Positions 1 to 10,983 of a stretch of 64,000 nucleotides of DNA are shown piece by piece. Source of the stretch: a virus (taxonomy: Duplodnaviria; Caudoviricetes). The notes below the pieces were generated by a model. It was not told the DNA's origin. It saw nothing but the letters and a program-made list of their open reading frames with translations, and did not search any database. A program made the translations under genes and the position numbers. The first letter of the stretch is position 1; every line of letters starts with the position of its first letter. The stretch lies in the IMG/VR virus record IMGVR_UViG_3300034374_009547, one strand, 5' to 3'.

Positions 1-48
1 CGATTTCTATCGTGTAGTTTTGGGCGTCTATATAGACCTGACCCGTAC

Positions 49-55
49 CTAAATA
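49..55 (+). promoter_or_regulatory. T4-like late promoter core (CTAAATA) followed by SD GGAGG (56-60) for the tail fibre
   Basis: TAAATA motif recurs upstream of most structural genes in the window; GGAGG lies 8 nt before ATG 69. Confidence 0.65.
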
Positions 56-68
56 GGAGGCATGCCGA

Positions 69-3000
69 ATGGCAACAACAATTAGACACAAGCGAAGTGC
101 GGTCGCGGGTAAGCAACCGTTAGTTTCTCAATTAGAATCAGGCGAATTAGCAATTAATACAGCAGATGGTAAAGTATACCTATTGCGTGATGATAATACC
201 GTACAAGATATTACTAAAAGAATTTTTGAAGGTAACTCAGAAGTAAAAGTTGATGACCTTGGCGATAGTACGGTAGCTCAAATTAGTGCTACGGTTAATG
301 GTAATGAAGCATTAACAATCACTAATGCAGGATTTAATTTTAAAAATAATATAGATATTGAAAATGCAGGTACCTTAACTTTTAGAGAACTTACAGCTTC
401 AGGTGAAGACGGTGTAACTTTACAGCCTCCAAGTACACTAGACGCAGGTTATACTTTAACATTGCCACCTAACAAAGGTTCAGTCGGACAAATTTTAGCA
501 GTTAATGCTAGTGGAGAATTGTTTTTTAATGACGCAGATATTTTTGGCGGAAACGTTCTCTATGTTTCGCAAGAGCAAGGTGACGATGAAAACGATGGAC
601 AAAGTGCTCCAGTTAAAACGGTTAAACGTGCATGTCAAATTGCCTCAGGACTAGTTTATAATTCAGATGGTAGTATCAACTTCCGTAGAATCAACATCAA
701 AGTTGCGGTTGGCGATTATACTGAACAAAACCCAATCATTGTTCCTGATAACACGGTTATTAAAGGTGATGGTTTGCGTGGTTGTATTATTCGCCCTGCA
801 AACGCTAACTTAGATATTCTACGTGTCAGAAACGCTTGTTACTTTGGTGAATTTACTTTCCGTGATGGTGTCGACGATAACTTCGTGCCATTGATTACAG
901 GTGATTATTGTGTTGCATTTGATGATCCGGATGCAGTAGATGTGACAGATAGAAATACCTATCCAAACTTACCTAATACTAAACCAACTATTACAACATC
1001 ACCATATATTCAAAACTGCTCTATTCTTTCTTTCCTTGGGTTAAATGGTGCTAAGATCGATGGTAGTAAAGTTGAATCTCCTAACGTTCCTGTTAACCAA
1101 ATTGAAGCAGAAAATCCAGTTGTTGGCGCAATACCTGAACAAGGTAAATCGATGGTTGCCAACGCATTTACCATGCTTTCGTTTGGTGGTACTGGGTGGC
1201 GACTAACTAACGATGCTTATGCACAGATCGTTTCGTGTTTCCAAATTTTCTTGCTTAACGGTGTGTATACACAATCAGGTGGTTATTGTTCAATTACTAA
1301 CTCTGCTACAAACTTTGGTTTGTATGCTCTACGTTCAAGTGGTTATTCTCCAAAAGCATTCTCTTTTGACCGTTCGTTTGTAACTCAAACTGGTTCTAGT
1401 GAAGGTAAACAAACGGTTAGTGTTGTTGGTATTAATAGAGATGCTCCTGTTGAAGAATTTATTTTACGTTTTAGAGATCCAGATTATAAAACTGCTCATG
1501 ATTTACTTCTTTCAAATAAACTATCTATTGCAGAAGATACGGTAACATGGATTAATGCACAAATTGCAGCTTCATCACCTAGTATATGGGCTGGATTTAC
1601 ATATAATGAAGACAAGTGTCGTAGAGATACTAGACTATTAGTTGATTCTATTAGATATGATATTATTTTTAATAGCAATTATAGAACAATCAGTTCTGCA
1701 CTTCGTTATTTTAGTGGAAGTTTTACAAATTTTGCAGACCAAAAAGATCAACATATTGCAGCGTTTGCACAAGCAAAAGCATACACAGCAAATATATTAA
1801 ATGATGCAACTGCAACAAGTAGATCAAATGCACTTTGGGATGAAATTATTGACATTTTAACAAATGGTGATGCAAATACCGTTCCAGGCGATGCTGTTGC
1901 TGATGCTTATAGTTTTCCTGATCCGACTAACTATAACACATCTTACCTAGTAGGATATGGTGATGCAAGAGATCAACTGCAAGCAAACAAACAATTTATT
2001 ATTGATGAAATAACAGCTTGGATCGCTGTTCAAGTTGCTGCTGAAACTCCTCCTTTTGCTGGTTCATTTACATATGACGCAGCAAAATGTGAAAGAGACG
2101 TAGGATTAATTATAGACGCATTAATTTATGATATTACATATGGCGGCAACTTACAAACAAAACGTGCAGCAGAAGCATACTTTGTTGGCACAACTGCACA
2201 ATACGGAGCAAACCAAAAAGAAGAAACTATTGCAGCTTACGAAAGACTTAGAGACGTAATAGCTGATGTTATTTTAGAAGTAGCAGTTACTAAATCAACA
2301 GGTAATGCTCAAACACAAGATACAAGTAATACAGCAGGTAGTGCAGCAAGTAAAACATTTGCAGTGGCTAGAATTCAAGAAATTATTGATTTTATTGATG
2401 GTGGTGGTGTAAACGAAGTAACAACTATCGAGCCAGGCACAGATTGGGTTTCAGGTAATAATGAATTTGAAGCATATAATAGACTTAACAACGAGGGTGC
2501 TGTTAATATTGCTCAAAATACAACTGAATGGATCAATGAACAAATTCAAGCCAATATTTGGTATGGATTTACATACGATCAATCTAAGTGTCAACGTGAT
2601 ACACAATTGATTGTTGAAGCTGTTGCAAAAGATACTTGGGATACTGGTAACAGATATTCACGTAGTGCTGGCCTATCTTATTATACACAAAACTTACAAG
2701 ACTCGACTAGAATAAGCATTAGTGGACAAGAATTACAAACAATTGCAGCTATTGATCAAGCAGCAGTATATGCTAACACGTACATTACTAGTACAAGTAT
2801 TGCTGTACAAGATTTTGTTAATACTAGATTTGGAATCGTTACAACGGTTATTAATGATCCAAATGATTTACCACAACCAACTGAAGTAAGTAGTGAAGGT
2901 GATATTACAAACTCTTACAAAACAACACCAACAGAAACAACGTTTAATGCTGCTACAAACGTAAACGCTGATACAAATATTTTTACTATTACTAGTCATG

Positions 3001-6000
3001 GATTTACTAATGGACAAAAATTAATTTATGATTCTGATGGTAATACTCCTATTGTTGGACTTGATAACGAACAAACATATTATGTTAAAATTTTAGATGC
3101 AAACGAGTTTACTCTTACGTTTGACGAATCAGGAGATTTTGATGTTGATATTAGAGCAGTAGGTGCAAATACTCACAAGTTCTTCTCAAATGTTATTGAA
3201 TTTTTTGTTGAAGAAGTTTTAAGTTCACATCAAACATATCAAACACTTATATTAGAATCGGGCGCAGAAAGTTATAACTTTGTTCCAGGTAGACAAATTT
3301 CAGGTACTACAGGTGCTAACAACAATAGTGCTCTTGTTTATGAATGGGAACCAAGAGATCGCAGACTTGTTGTAAGTGTTGAAGAAGTAAGTGTTGGTGC
3401 GTCTACATTACGAGTTCAATTTGACGAAACAAGTATTATTAGTAGTGACCATTCACCAAGTCCTAACAACACAATTTCAATTAACGAAGTTGCTGCTAAA
3501 ACTGGTTTAGGTACAGCAACATTTAGTATTACAGCTACAGATGGTAGTGCAAGTTTAACTAATCTAGTTAACTTGCCAGAAAAACAATGTTGGTTCCATA
3601 GACCAAGTATTGTTAACTCATCATCGCATACTTGGGAATATGCAGGTTCGGGTACAGACTATAACGCTCTACCACAGAACGGTGGTAATACAAAAGAAGA
3701 ATTTGAACAATTCGAAGAACTGCCAGGGCGTGTGTACTCATCAGGTACAAACGAACTTGGTGACTTTAAAGTTGGTGACTTTATTACAGCGTTCAACAGA
3801 ACTGGTAACATTACATTTAGAAACAAAGTTCAGGTGGATGAACTTGATGCTTTGAGACTGAGCTTGTCAGATGTTGCTATTGAAGAAATCTCAACAAGTG
3901 TTAACTTAGGTGACGACGAACTTGGTGGCCCGAGTGATTCACGCATGGTTACTCAGCTTGCTGTTAGATCGTTTATTTCCAACAGACTAGGTGGCTTTGT
4001 TGATAAGTCAGTTTCAACTGCGGCTGTTCCTGGTGCTATTGTTCAATTGAATACAAACGGTCAGCTTAATCCTGACTTGATTCCAGCAACACGTCAGTTT
4101 ACAAACACAAACTCAAATGGTTATTTAAGTAGACTACTATTGATTAACACTATTCCTGCAACAGACTTAAAAGCTGGTGATATTGGTACTGAAAATTATG
4201 AACAAGTTGAATTAATTCTTAGTGGAAACATCACAGCAGCTGATGGCGCCACAATCACACAACCTGGTGTTGACGGTGCAATTGGTTATGCTAAAGGTTC
4301 GTATAGTGCTAGTGGAAACATTCTTGTTGCAACAATCGGCGAAGCATGGGATGCCAACGAAGATAGTACAGGCGATCCATGGGAAGTAAGCGCAGGAAAC
4401 TTATTTGTGAATGGCGTAGACAGCGGTGTAAATATAAGTTCAAAAGGCGTTAGTAGTGAAATTATTGACAATTTCTTCTTACGTAGTAGTAATTCAAGTC
4501 AGTATCTAGTATTAGATGTAGACGACACATATAACTTTACTACAGGAGTTACTATCAGTAACTTGGCAAGAACTAGTAATGTTGTTACCGTAACAACTAG
4601 CACTGCTCATGGATTTAAAATTGGAAACGTGGCTAGAGTTTATACTAGCGACGACGAAACATTCATACAAAACGGAGAAGTTTTAACCGTTCCTACTAGT
4701 ACTTCATTTACAATTGCAAATACAGGTATAGATGTTAGTAGTTTTGCAGTTACAGATGGAAAGGTTTACACAATTGTTACATCTGCTGATGGAAATGCTC
4801 AAGGTGCTGTTACAGAATCTAGATTTGGCGTATTAACTAATATTGATAATACAAGCATCACAGCTGGTAGTGGTTATCTACCATCTGGAGGTACTCTAGT
4901 GTACAAAGATGTTCCTTTGACTGCAAACACAGGCGTAGGAACTGGTGCTACAGCTGATATTACGGTTACAGCAGGAGCTGTTACAGATGTTGATATTGCA
5001 ACTGGTGGTAGTGGATATGCAGTAGGAGATTTATTAAGTGCAAATAATTCTAATTTAGGAGGCGCAGGCTCTAGCTTCGAATGTGAAGTTGTAAGTGTAG
5101 AAAAACGTGCATATGTTGATATTTTAGGAGGTGAATTATTTGTTGCTAGTGCATCAAGTATTGACTTTGTTGAAGATAATGATAGTGTTGACACAAAGAA
5201 AACTATTAACCTAGATGATACAAGAGGATTTAATTTCTTAGCAGGTACTACAGGCGGCGGCGGTGCTGTTGACTATATTGATTACAGAATTAATATTCCA
5301 AATCATGGATTTACAAGCGGTGATCCTTTAAAATATGATACATTAGGCAATGTTGCAATTGGTGGGTTGTTGAATGGAAATGTATATTATGCAAAAAGTA
5401 TCGACGCAAATAATATAGAATTATACGAAGGATTTTCTCTTTTAAACAAAGTTGAATTTACTAGTACACCTGCAAACAACAACCATAATTTGACTAGATA
5501 TGTAGTTAATGTTGTTGATAATAGTATTTTAGTTGAAGGACATGGATTAACAACAGGCGATGCTATCAGAATTGAAAGTTTAGACGACGGTTCTAGTGCA
5601 AATGTTCTTCCTGATATCACAGGAGACGCAATTACTAGTGGTAGTAGATTCTTTGTAGGATCTGTAACAACTAATTCATTTACTTTGCACGAACTTAGAA
5701 GTGATGCATTGAGCAGTATTAATGACCTAGTAACAAACGCTAAAGATATCGACGATGTAGGTGTAGGTAGTGCAGATATTATTGCAAACAACGTTAGTGT
5801 ACAGGCAGTTGTAAACACATCGAGTAAAACAAAAGATAACTGGAGTACACTTGCTGTCACAAACATTGATGCAGAAAATATTATTTCAGGTACTATTTCT
5901 CCATCACGCTTAGGTGCAAGTGGTACACCAAACAGCGATACAGCATTATTTGGTGATAGTGGATACAAGGTTGTTGTGCAAACACTGAAAAAAGCAACAA

Positions 6001-9000
6001 CAACAGACAATCCAATTACACTTACAGGCTCAAGTATAGGTGCAGAATTCTATGGTGATCCTGTAAACATTGGTATTGCAAACGTTGATTTTGATGCACT
6101 TGCAACATTCTCAAAACTAGGTACAGCAAGATTCTTACAAACACAATTTGATGTTGCAAGTGATGGTAGCGGACAAGTGTTTATCAAAGACGGTGTAGTA
6201 GATGCTGGTACACTTGACGGACTTGATAGTAGTTATTTCTTAAACCCTGCTAACTTAACTAGCCTTGTACCAGTTACAAGAGGTGGTACTGCTATCGGTA
6301 CATATGCTATAGGTGATATACTTTATGCACAATCTTCAGGTTCATTAAATACTCTAAATATAGGTAGAGCAAATAACTTCTTAAAGTCAAATGGTACTAC
6401 ACCAGAATGGGGTACAGCACTTGACTTGTCAGAAGGTTTGGACGTTGGATCTGCAAAACTAAGCTCAACTAGTACAGGTACAGGTAGCTTATATAATGAA
6501 AATGTAACAAGTTTAGATATTGGCGGCGCAGCAACAAATATTAAAATTGGTAGTGTTGATGTAACTAGAAACTTGTTACCATTTATTGATGGGTACGAAG
6601 CTACTATTTCTCAAAGTGTTGTTGTTAATTTAGGAAGTTTAACTGCTAACACAAATGATCCAGTAGCCAACGGTGAAACTGAAGTTCCAATGGCAGACAC
6701 AAGCTCAATACTTGTTGGTATGCTTGTTACTGGCAGTGGTAGTATTCCTGCAAATACAACGGTTAGTGGTGTTACAGATGATTACATTTACTTGAGTGCA
6801 AATACAACAGGAACTATCTTTAGTGGTACTACACTAACCTTTACTTATACACCGTTTACAATTGGTGTACGTGATGGTGATACTATCAACTTAAACGGCA
6901 CAACGGTAACTAATTTAGACGGTAGCTGGCCTGTAATTGGTGCAACAAGTATTGCTACATCATTTACAATTAGAACAACATCTAATGTGACAGCTGATCC
7001 TAATGATGTTGTACAAGGTACAGCTACTATTGATGCTAACATGGTTATTAAAACACCAAAAGTTATTATTGGTGCTGCTGAAGCAAGTACAAGTCCAACA
7101 AATGCATCACTAGAAGGTAGTGATGGTATTGGTACTGATGTTGCTGGCGGATCTATGACAATTGAAGCAGGTATCGGTACAGGTAATTCAACAGGCGCAG
7201 ATATTATCTTTAAAACAGGTGAAGTTTCTACTACAAGCAATAATCCTCAAACATCAACAGAACGTTTGAGAATTGATACTAGTGGTAAAGCAACCTTCAC
7301 TGGTGAAGTAGAAGTTAACAACACTATTAGTACAACTGAAACCACGGTTGCTCTTTTAGACGATACTGCAACTACAATTAATATGGGCGGCGCTGCAACT
7401 ACCGTCGAAATTGGTGCAGCTACAGGTACAACTACAATCCATAACAATGTTGATATTGATTTAGATTTAAATGTAGATGGTAGTGATATAACAACTAATC
7501 AAACAGGTACATTTAATCTGATTAATACAAACGCTACAACACTTAACATAGGTGGTGCAGCTACAACAATTAACATGGGTACAGGTGGTGATGGCGGTGG
7601 TACTACTACTATTGGACATGATTTAGTTGTTACAGGCGATCTTACCGTAAACGGCAATACAACAACAATCAATAGTACAACATTGACCGTTGATGACTTG
7701 AATATCGTTATAGCAAGTGGTGCTGCAAGTGCAGCAGCAGCTAATGGTGCTGGATTAACAATTGATGGTGCAAATGTAACATTTACATATGACAGCGGTC
7801 AAGATAGAATGGATCTTAATGAAGATCTAAACTTAGAATCTGGTAACGCATTCTTTATAAATGATCAAAGTGTGTTAAATGCCACAACACTTGGTGCAGC
7901 AGTAGTAAACTCTAGTTTACAAACTCTAGGTACAATTAGTACAGGTATATGGCAAGGTACAATTATTTCTCCAACCTACGGTGGTACAGGAATAAACAAT
8001 GGTACTAAAACTATTACTTTAGGCGGAAATTTAACAACAAGTGGTGCATTTAATAGTACATTTACTATGACAGGTGCAACAAGTGTTACATTCCCAACAA
8101 GCGGTACACTTGCAATTACAGGTAATCCGTTAAGTCAGTTTGCGTCTACAACAAGTGCTCAATTACGTGGAGTGTTAAGTGACGAAACAGGTACAGGTGT
8201 TGCAGTGTTTGGTACAAGTCCAACATTTACAACAGGTATTAATGCTGCAAGCACAACTATGGCATTGTTTGATACAACAGCAACTACATTAAACTTAGCT
8301 AGAGCTGCAACATCAATTACAATAGGTGCTACAACAGGTACTACAAACATTAGACATAACTTAAATGTTACAGGCGATCTAGACATAGATGGTGGTGACT
8401 TAACATTTAGTGATGCAAGTATTAATATTGCAAACACTACACCAACTACAATTACCATGGGTAATGCAGCAACAACATTTACATTAGGTGCTACAACAGG
8501 TACTTTAACCGTTAGAAATGCTACTACAACACTTAATGGTAATTTGAACGTTAACGGAAACACAATTGATACTGACGAAACAGGTACATTTAATCTTGTA
8601 AAAGATAACGTAACAACGTTAGCATTTGCACAAGCAGCAACTGAAATAGTTGTTGGCGAAACCAAAGCAGCAGCAGATCTTGCTGGTGCGCTAGGTGAAA
8701 TGGTTGTTAGACTAGATTTACGAACCAATAACGACATGTACATTGATGGTGATCTATTTGTTAGCCAAATTAACAACACACCAATTGGTAACGTAACTCC
8801 GAGTACAGGTGCATTTACTACACTTGCTGCAAATAACTTTGTAACATTCACTGATGCAACAAATGCAACAGGTGCAACATTTGCAACAGGAACAGCAGCA
8901 GTAAAAATTACAGGCGGGTTGTACGTTGCAAAAGATATACGTGCAGATAATTTTATTGGTGATATGGATGCTAGTTACTTAACAAGTGGTATAATTCCAG

Positions 9001-10922
9001 ATGCACGTATTCAATCAAGTGGTGTTACACAGCACCAATTGGATATCACAGGTACTGGTGCGCTAAACGCAGGTAGTATTACAAGTGGCTTTGGCAACAT
9101 CAACATTGGTACAAGTATCTTCTCAGGTAATGGTAGTGGATTAACAACGCTAAATGCAAGCAACTTATCAAGTGGTACCGTTGCAGATGCACGTATTCAA
9201 TCAAGCAGTATTACACAACACCAAGGAGATATCACAGGTACTGGCGCACTAAACAGCGGTAGTATTACAAATGGATTTGGTAGCATTGATATTGGTACTG
9301 ACATATTTACTGGTAATGGTAGCGGACTTACAACTCTAAATGCAAGTAACTTGTCAAGCGGTACCGTAAGCGGTAGTAGACTTGGTGGAAATCAGTCAAT
9401 GGCAGGTGTAAAAACATTTAGCGACACAACTGCTTCTACAAGTACTACAACAGGTGCAGTAAAAATTGCAGGCGGTTTAGGTGTTGCAGGCGACTTATAT
9501 GCAGGTACACTTAACGGTAATGGTGCCGGATTAACCAGTCTAAATGCTTCTAATTTAGGTAGTGGAACCGTGCCTAACGCACGTATCAGTGGTACATACA
9601 GCAACATAACTGGTACAGGTGCTCTTAATGCAGGTGAGATTACAAGCGGCTTTGGTAACATCAATATTGGTACAAGTACATTTACTGGTAACGGTAGTGG
9701 ATTGACCAGCGTTAATGCTGCTACACTTGATGGCATTGATAGTTTAAGTTTCCTACGTAGTGACCAAGCAGACACAATGACCGGACTACTTACACTTAAT
9801 CATGCTGGTAATGAAATGTTACGTATGCAAGATACTGCTGCTGATGGATCGCCATATATTACATGGTATCAAGCAGGAACACGTAGAGGTTACATCCAAT
9901 ATGTTGACGGCGGTGATAGAATGTATATTGCTAACGAAGGTGGAAGTACTGCTATCGATCTTGACGGAGGTGTTAACGGACTTATCTTTAGAAATGGCGC
10001 AAATGCCTACACCGTTTGGCACAGCGGTAACGATGGTGCAGGTAGCGGACTAAGTGCTGATAACCTAGATGGTATTAGTTCAGGTAGTTTCTTACGCAGT
10101 GATGCTGATGATAGTTTCTCAGGAACACTTAGTGGTGCCGGTGCTATCAATATTACAGGTAACGTAACTGCTAATGCATTTAGTGGTGACGGTAGTGGAC
10201 TTACTGGTATTAGTGCAGACGATGCTAATACACTAGACGGTATTGATAGCAGTCAGTTCTTACGTAGCGATCAAAATGACACAATGGATGCAGGAGTCAA
10301 CACTACACTAACTATTTTGTCAGACGACACCGGTGCGTCAACTATTCAGTTGTACGGAAACAGCCAAGGTACTGGTAGAGTTTATGTAGGACAAAGTAGT
10401 GCATACGGTGGTGGTATTGAATACAACGGTGATAACTCTCCAGCAACAACTGGCGCTGGTAGTGATTACATCACACTATGGCGTAGAGATAACGGCACAG
10501 ATAGTTGGACAGGTAGAAACCAGTATAACAGCAACAACTGGGAGTTTAGAGGCGAAGTTACAGCGTATGCGTCAGATGCTAGACTCAAAGATGTTACAGG
10601 CAATATTGATAATGCTATAGAAAAAGTCAAAGCACTAAACGGTGTAATTTATACTTGGAATGATACTGCATATGAAAAAGGTTTAAAAACTTACGCAGAT
10701 GATAAAGCACCAGAAGCTGGTTTGCTTGCCCAAGAAGTTCAAAAAGTATTACCAGAAGTAGTTGTACCTGCTCCGTTTGATAAAGAATACCTAACTATCA
10801 AATATGAGCGTGTTGTACCACTACTTGTTGAAGCAATCAAAGAGCAACAAGCACAGATTGATGCTCAAGCAACGGAGATTGCAGAACTACGTGAAATGGT
10901 ACAAAAACTACTGGATAAATAA
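69..10922 (+). CDS. Giant tail fibre / adhesin (3617 aa) with C-terminal Peptidase_S74-type intramolecular chaperone
   Basis: N-terminal Mtd_N-like segment (KRSAVAGKQP...GELAINTADGKVY); beta-helix entry motif (LYVS..GDD.NDG..APVKT); xHGF/LxxG repeats; TLDGxDSxxFLRSD repeats; S/T/G-rich; C-terminal SDARLK...YERVVPLLVEAIKEQQAQI chaperone with coiled coil. Confidence 0.9.
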   Translation: MATTIRHKRSAVAGKQPLVSQLESGELAINTADGKVYLLRDDNTVQDITKRIFEGNSEVKVDDLGDSTVAQISATVNGNEALTITNAGFNFKNNIDIENAGTLTFRELTASGEDGVTLQPPSTLDAGYTLTLPPNKGSVGQILAVNASGELFFNDADIFGGNVLYVSQEQGDDENDGQSAPVKTVKRACQIASGLVYNSDGSINFRRINIKVAVGDYTEQNPIIVPDNTVIKGDGLRGCIIRPANANLDILRVRNACYFGEFTFRDGVDDNFVPLITGDYCVAFDDPDAVDVTDRNTYPNLPNTKPTITTSPYIQNCSILSFLGLNGAKIDGSKVESPNVPVNQIEAENPVVGAIPEQGKSMVANAFTMLSFGGTGWRLTNDAYAQIVSCFQIFLLNGVYTQSGGYCSITNSATNFGLYALRSSGYSPKAFSFDRSFVTQTGSSEGKQTVSVVGINRDAPVEEFILRFRDPDYKTAHDLLLSNKLSIAEDTVTWINAQIAASSPSIWAGFTYNEDKCRRDTRLLVDSIRYDIIFNSNYRTISSALRYFSGSFTNFADQKDQHIAAFAQAKAYTANILNDATATSRSNALWDEIIDILTNGDANTVPGDAVADAYSFPDPTNYNTSYLVGYGDARDQLQANKQFIIDEITAWIAVQVAAETPPFAGSFTYDAAKCERDVGLIIDALIYDITYGGNLQTKRAAEAYFVGTTAQYGANQKEETIAAYERLRDVIADVILEVAVTKSTGNAQTQDTSNTAGSAASKTFAVARIQEIIDFIDGGGVNEVTTIEPGTDWVSGNNEFEAYNRLNNEGAVNIAQNTTEWINEQIQANIWYGFTYDQSKCQRDTQLIVEAVAKDTWDTGNRYSRSAGLSYYTQNLQDSTRISISGQELQTIAAIDQAAVYANTYITSTSIAVQDFVNTRFGIVTTVINDPNDLPQPTEVSSEGDITNSYKTTPTETTFNAATNVNADTNIFTITSHGFTNGQKLIYDSDGNTPIVGLDNEQTYYVKILDANEFTLTFDESGDFDVDIRAVGANTHKFFSNVIEFFVEEVLSSHQTYQTLILESGAESYNFVPGRQISGTTGANNNSALVYEWEPRDRRLVVSVEEVSVGASTLRVQFDETSIISSDHSPSPNNTISINEVAAKTGLGTATFSITATDGSASLTNLVNLPEKQCWFHRPSIVNSSSHTWEYAGSGTDYNALPQNGGNTKEEFEQFEELPGRVYSSGTNELGDFKVGDFITAFNRTGNITFRNKVQVDELDALRLSLSDVAIEEISTSVNLGDDELGGPSDSRMVTQLAVRSFISNRLGGFVDKSVSTAAVPGAIVQLNTNGQLNPDLIPATRQFTNTNSNGYLSRLLLINTIPATDLKAGDIGTENYEQVELILSGNITAADGATITQPGVDGAIGYAKGSYSASGNILVATIGEAWDANEDSTGDPWEVSAGNLFVNGVDSGVNISSKGVSSEIIDNFFLRSSNSSQYLVLDVDDTYNFTTGVTISNLARTSNVVTVTTSTAHGFKIGNVARVYTSDDETFIQNGEVLTVPTSTSFTIANTGIDVSSFAVTDGKVYTIVTSADGNAQGAVTESRFGVLTNIDNTSITAGSGYLPSGGTLVYKDVPLTANTGVGTGATADITVTAGAVTDVDIATGGSGYAVGDLLSANNSNLGGAGSSFECEVVSVEKRAYVDILGGELFVASASSIDFVEDNDSVDTKKTINLDDTRGFNFLAGTTGGGGAVDYIDYRINIPNHGFTSGDPLKYDTLGNVAIGGLLNGNVYYAKSIDANNIELYEGFSLLNKVEFTSTPANNNHNLTRYVVNVVDNSILVEGHGLTTGDAIRIESLDDGSSANVLPDITGDAITSGSRFFVGSVTTNSFTLHELRSDALSSINDLVTNAKDIDDVGVGSADIIANNVSVQAVVNTSSKTKDNWSTLAVTNIDAENIISGTISPSRLGASGTPNSDTALFGDSGYKVVVQTLKKATTTDNPITLTGSSIGAEFYGDPVNIGIANVDFDALATFSKLGTARFLQTQFDVASDGSGQVFIKDGVVDAGTLDGLDSSYFLNPANLTSLVPVTRGGTAIGTYAIGDILYAQSSGSLNTLNIGRANNFLKSNGTTPEWGTALDLSEGLDVGSAKLSSTSTGTGSLYNENVTSLDIGGAATNIKIGSVDVTRNLLPFIDGYEATISQSVVVNLGSLTANTNDPVANGETEVPMADTSSILVGMLVTGSGSIPANTTVSGVTDDYIYLSANTTGTIFSGTTLTFTYTPFTIGVRDGDTINLNGTTVTNLDGSWPVIGATSIATSFTIRTTSNVTADPNDVVQGTATIDANMVIKTPKVIIGAAEASTSPTNASLEGSDGIGTDVAGGSMTIEAGIGTGNSTGADIIFKTGEVSTTSNNPQTSTERLRIDTSGKATFTGEVEVNNTISTTETTVALLDDTATTINMGGAATTVEIGAATGTTTIHNNVDIDLDLNVDGSDITTNQTGTFNLINTNATTLNIGGAATTINMGTGGDGGGTTTIGHDLVVTGDLTVNGNTTTINSTTLTVDDLNIVIASGAASAAAANGAGLTIDGANVTFTYDSGQDRMDLNEDLNLESGNAFFINDQSVLNATTLGAAVVNSSLQTLGTISTGIWQGTIISPTYGGTGINNGTKTITLGGNLTTSGAFNSTFTMTGATSVTFPTSGTLAITGNPLSQFASTTSAQLRGVLSDETGTGVAVFGTSPTFTTGINAASTTMALFDTTATTLNLARAATSITIGATTGTTNIRHNLNVTGDLDIDGGDLTFSDASINIANTTPTTITMGNAATTFTLGATTGTLTVRNATTTLNGNLNVNGNTIDTDETGTFNLVKDNVTTLAFAQAATEIVVGETKAAADLAGALGEMVVRLDLRTNNDMYIDGDLFVSQINNTPIGNVTPSTGAFTTLAANNFVTFTDATNATGATFATGTAAVKITGGLYVAKDIRADNFIGDMDASYLTSGIIPDARIQSSGVTQHQLDITGTGALNAGSITSGFGNINIGTSIFSGNGSGLTTLNASNLSSGTVADARIQSSSITQHQGDITGTGALNSGSITNGFGSIDIGTDIFTGNGSGLTTLNASNLSSGTVSGSRLGGNQSMAGVKTFSDTTASTSTTTGAVKIAGGLGVAGDLYAGTLNGNGAGLTSLNASNLGSGTVPNARISGTYSNITGTGALNAGEITSGFGNINIGTSTFTGNGSGLTSVNAATLDGIDSLSFLRSDQADTMTGLLTLNHAGNEMLRMQDTAADGSPYITWYQAGTRRGYIQYVDGGDRMYIANEGGSTAIDLDGGVNGLIFRNGANAYTVWHSGNDGAGSGLSADNLDGISSGSFLRSDADDSFSGTLSGAGAINITGNVTANAFSGDGSGLTGISADDANTLDGIDSSQFLRSDQNDTMDAGVNTTLTILSDDTGASTIQLYGNSQGTGRVYVGQSSAYGGGIEYNGDNSPATTGAGSDYITLWRRDNGTDSWTGRNQYNSNNWEFRGEVTAYASDARLKDVTGNIDNAIEKVKALNGVIYTWNDTAYEKGLKTYADDKAPEAGLLAQEVQKVLPEVVVPAPFDKEYLTIKYERVVPLLVEAIKEQQAQIDAQATEIAELREMVQKLLDK
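9001..9372 (+). repeat. 186-nt (62-aa) tandem duplication inside the tail fibre
   Basis: atgcacgtattcaatcaag at 9001 and again at 9187; DARIQSSxxTQHQxDITGTGALNxGSIT unit repeated, with a further degenerate copy near 9570-9720. Confidence 0.9.
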
Positions 10923-10927
10923 AATTA

Positions 10928-10956
10928 AGATAGCCGGATTTTTCGGCTATCTATTT
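10928..10956 (+). terminator. Intrinsic terminator after the tail fibre
   Basis: agatagccgg-atttt-tcggctatct hairpin followed by attt (weak U tract). Confidence 0.7.
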
Positions 10957-10983
10957 GACACAATGTAAATAGTATGTTATTAT
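10955..10983 (+). promoter_or_regulatory. Sigma70 promoter with a nested late-promoter core
   Basis: TTGACA(10955)-N17-TATTAT(10978) with extended TGn; GTAAATA lies inside the spacer (10965-10971). Confidence 0.75.

Noticed and set aside
26-37. 12-bp palindrome gtctatatagac upstream of the fibre promoter
   Set aside because: Single short AT-centred palindrome at the window edge; chance occurrence cannot be excluded.
1496-10620. Many antisense and alternate-frame ORFs within the tail fibre (also within the sheath, uvsW, carbamoyltransferase and dnaE)
   Set aside because: Shadow ORFs produced by codon bias of the real gene (V/P/L/A-rich mirror composition); no SD, promoter or motifs.
69-10922. 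Diversity-generating retroelement suggested by the Mtd_N-like fibre N-terminus
   Set aside because: No reverse transcriptase and no TR/VR pair differing at adenines were seen in the window; the 186-nt duplication differs at all base types.
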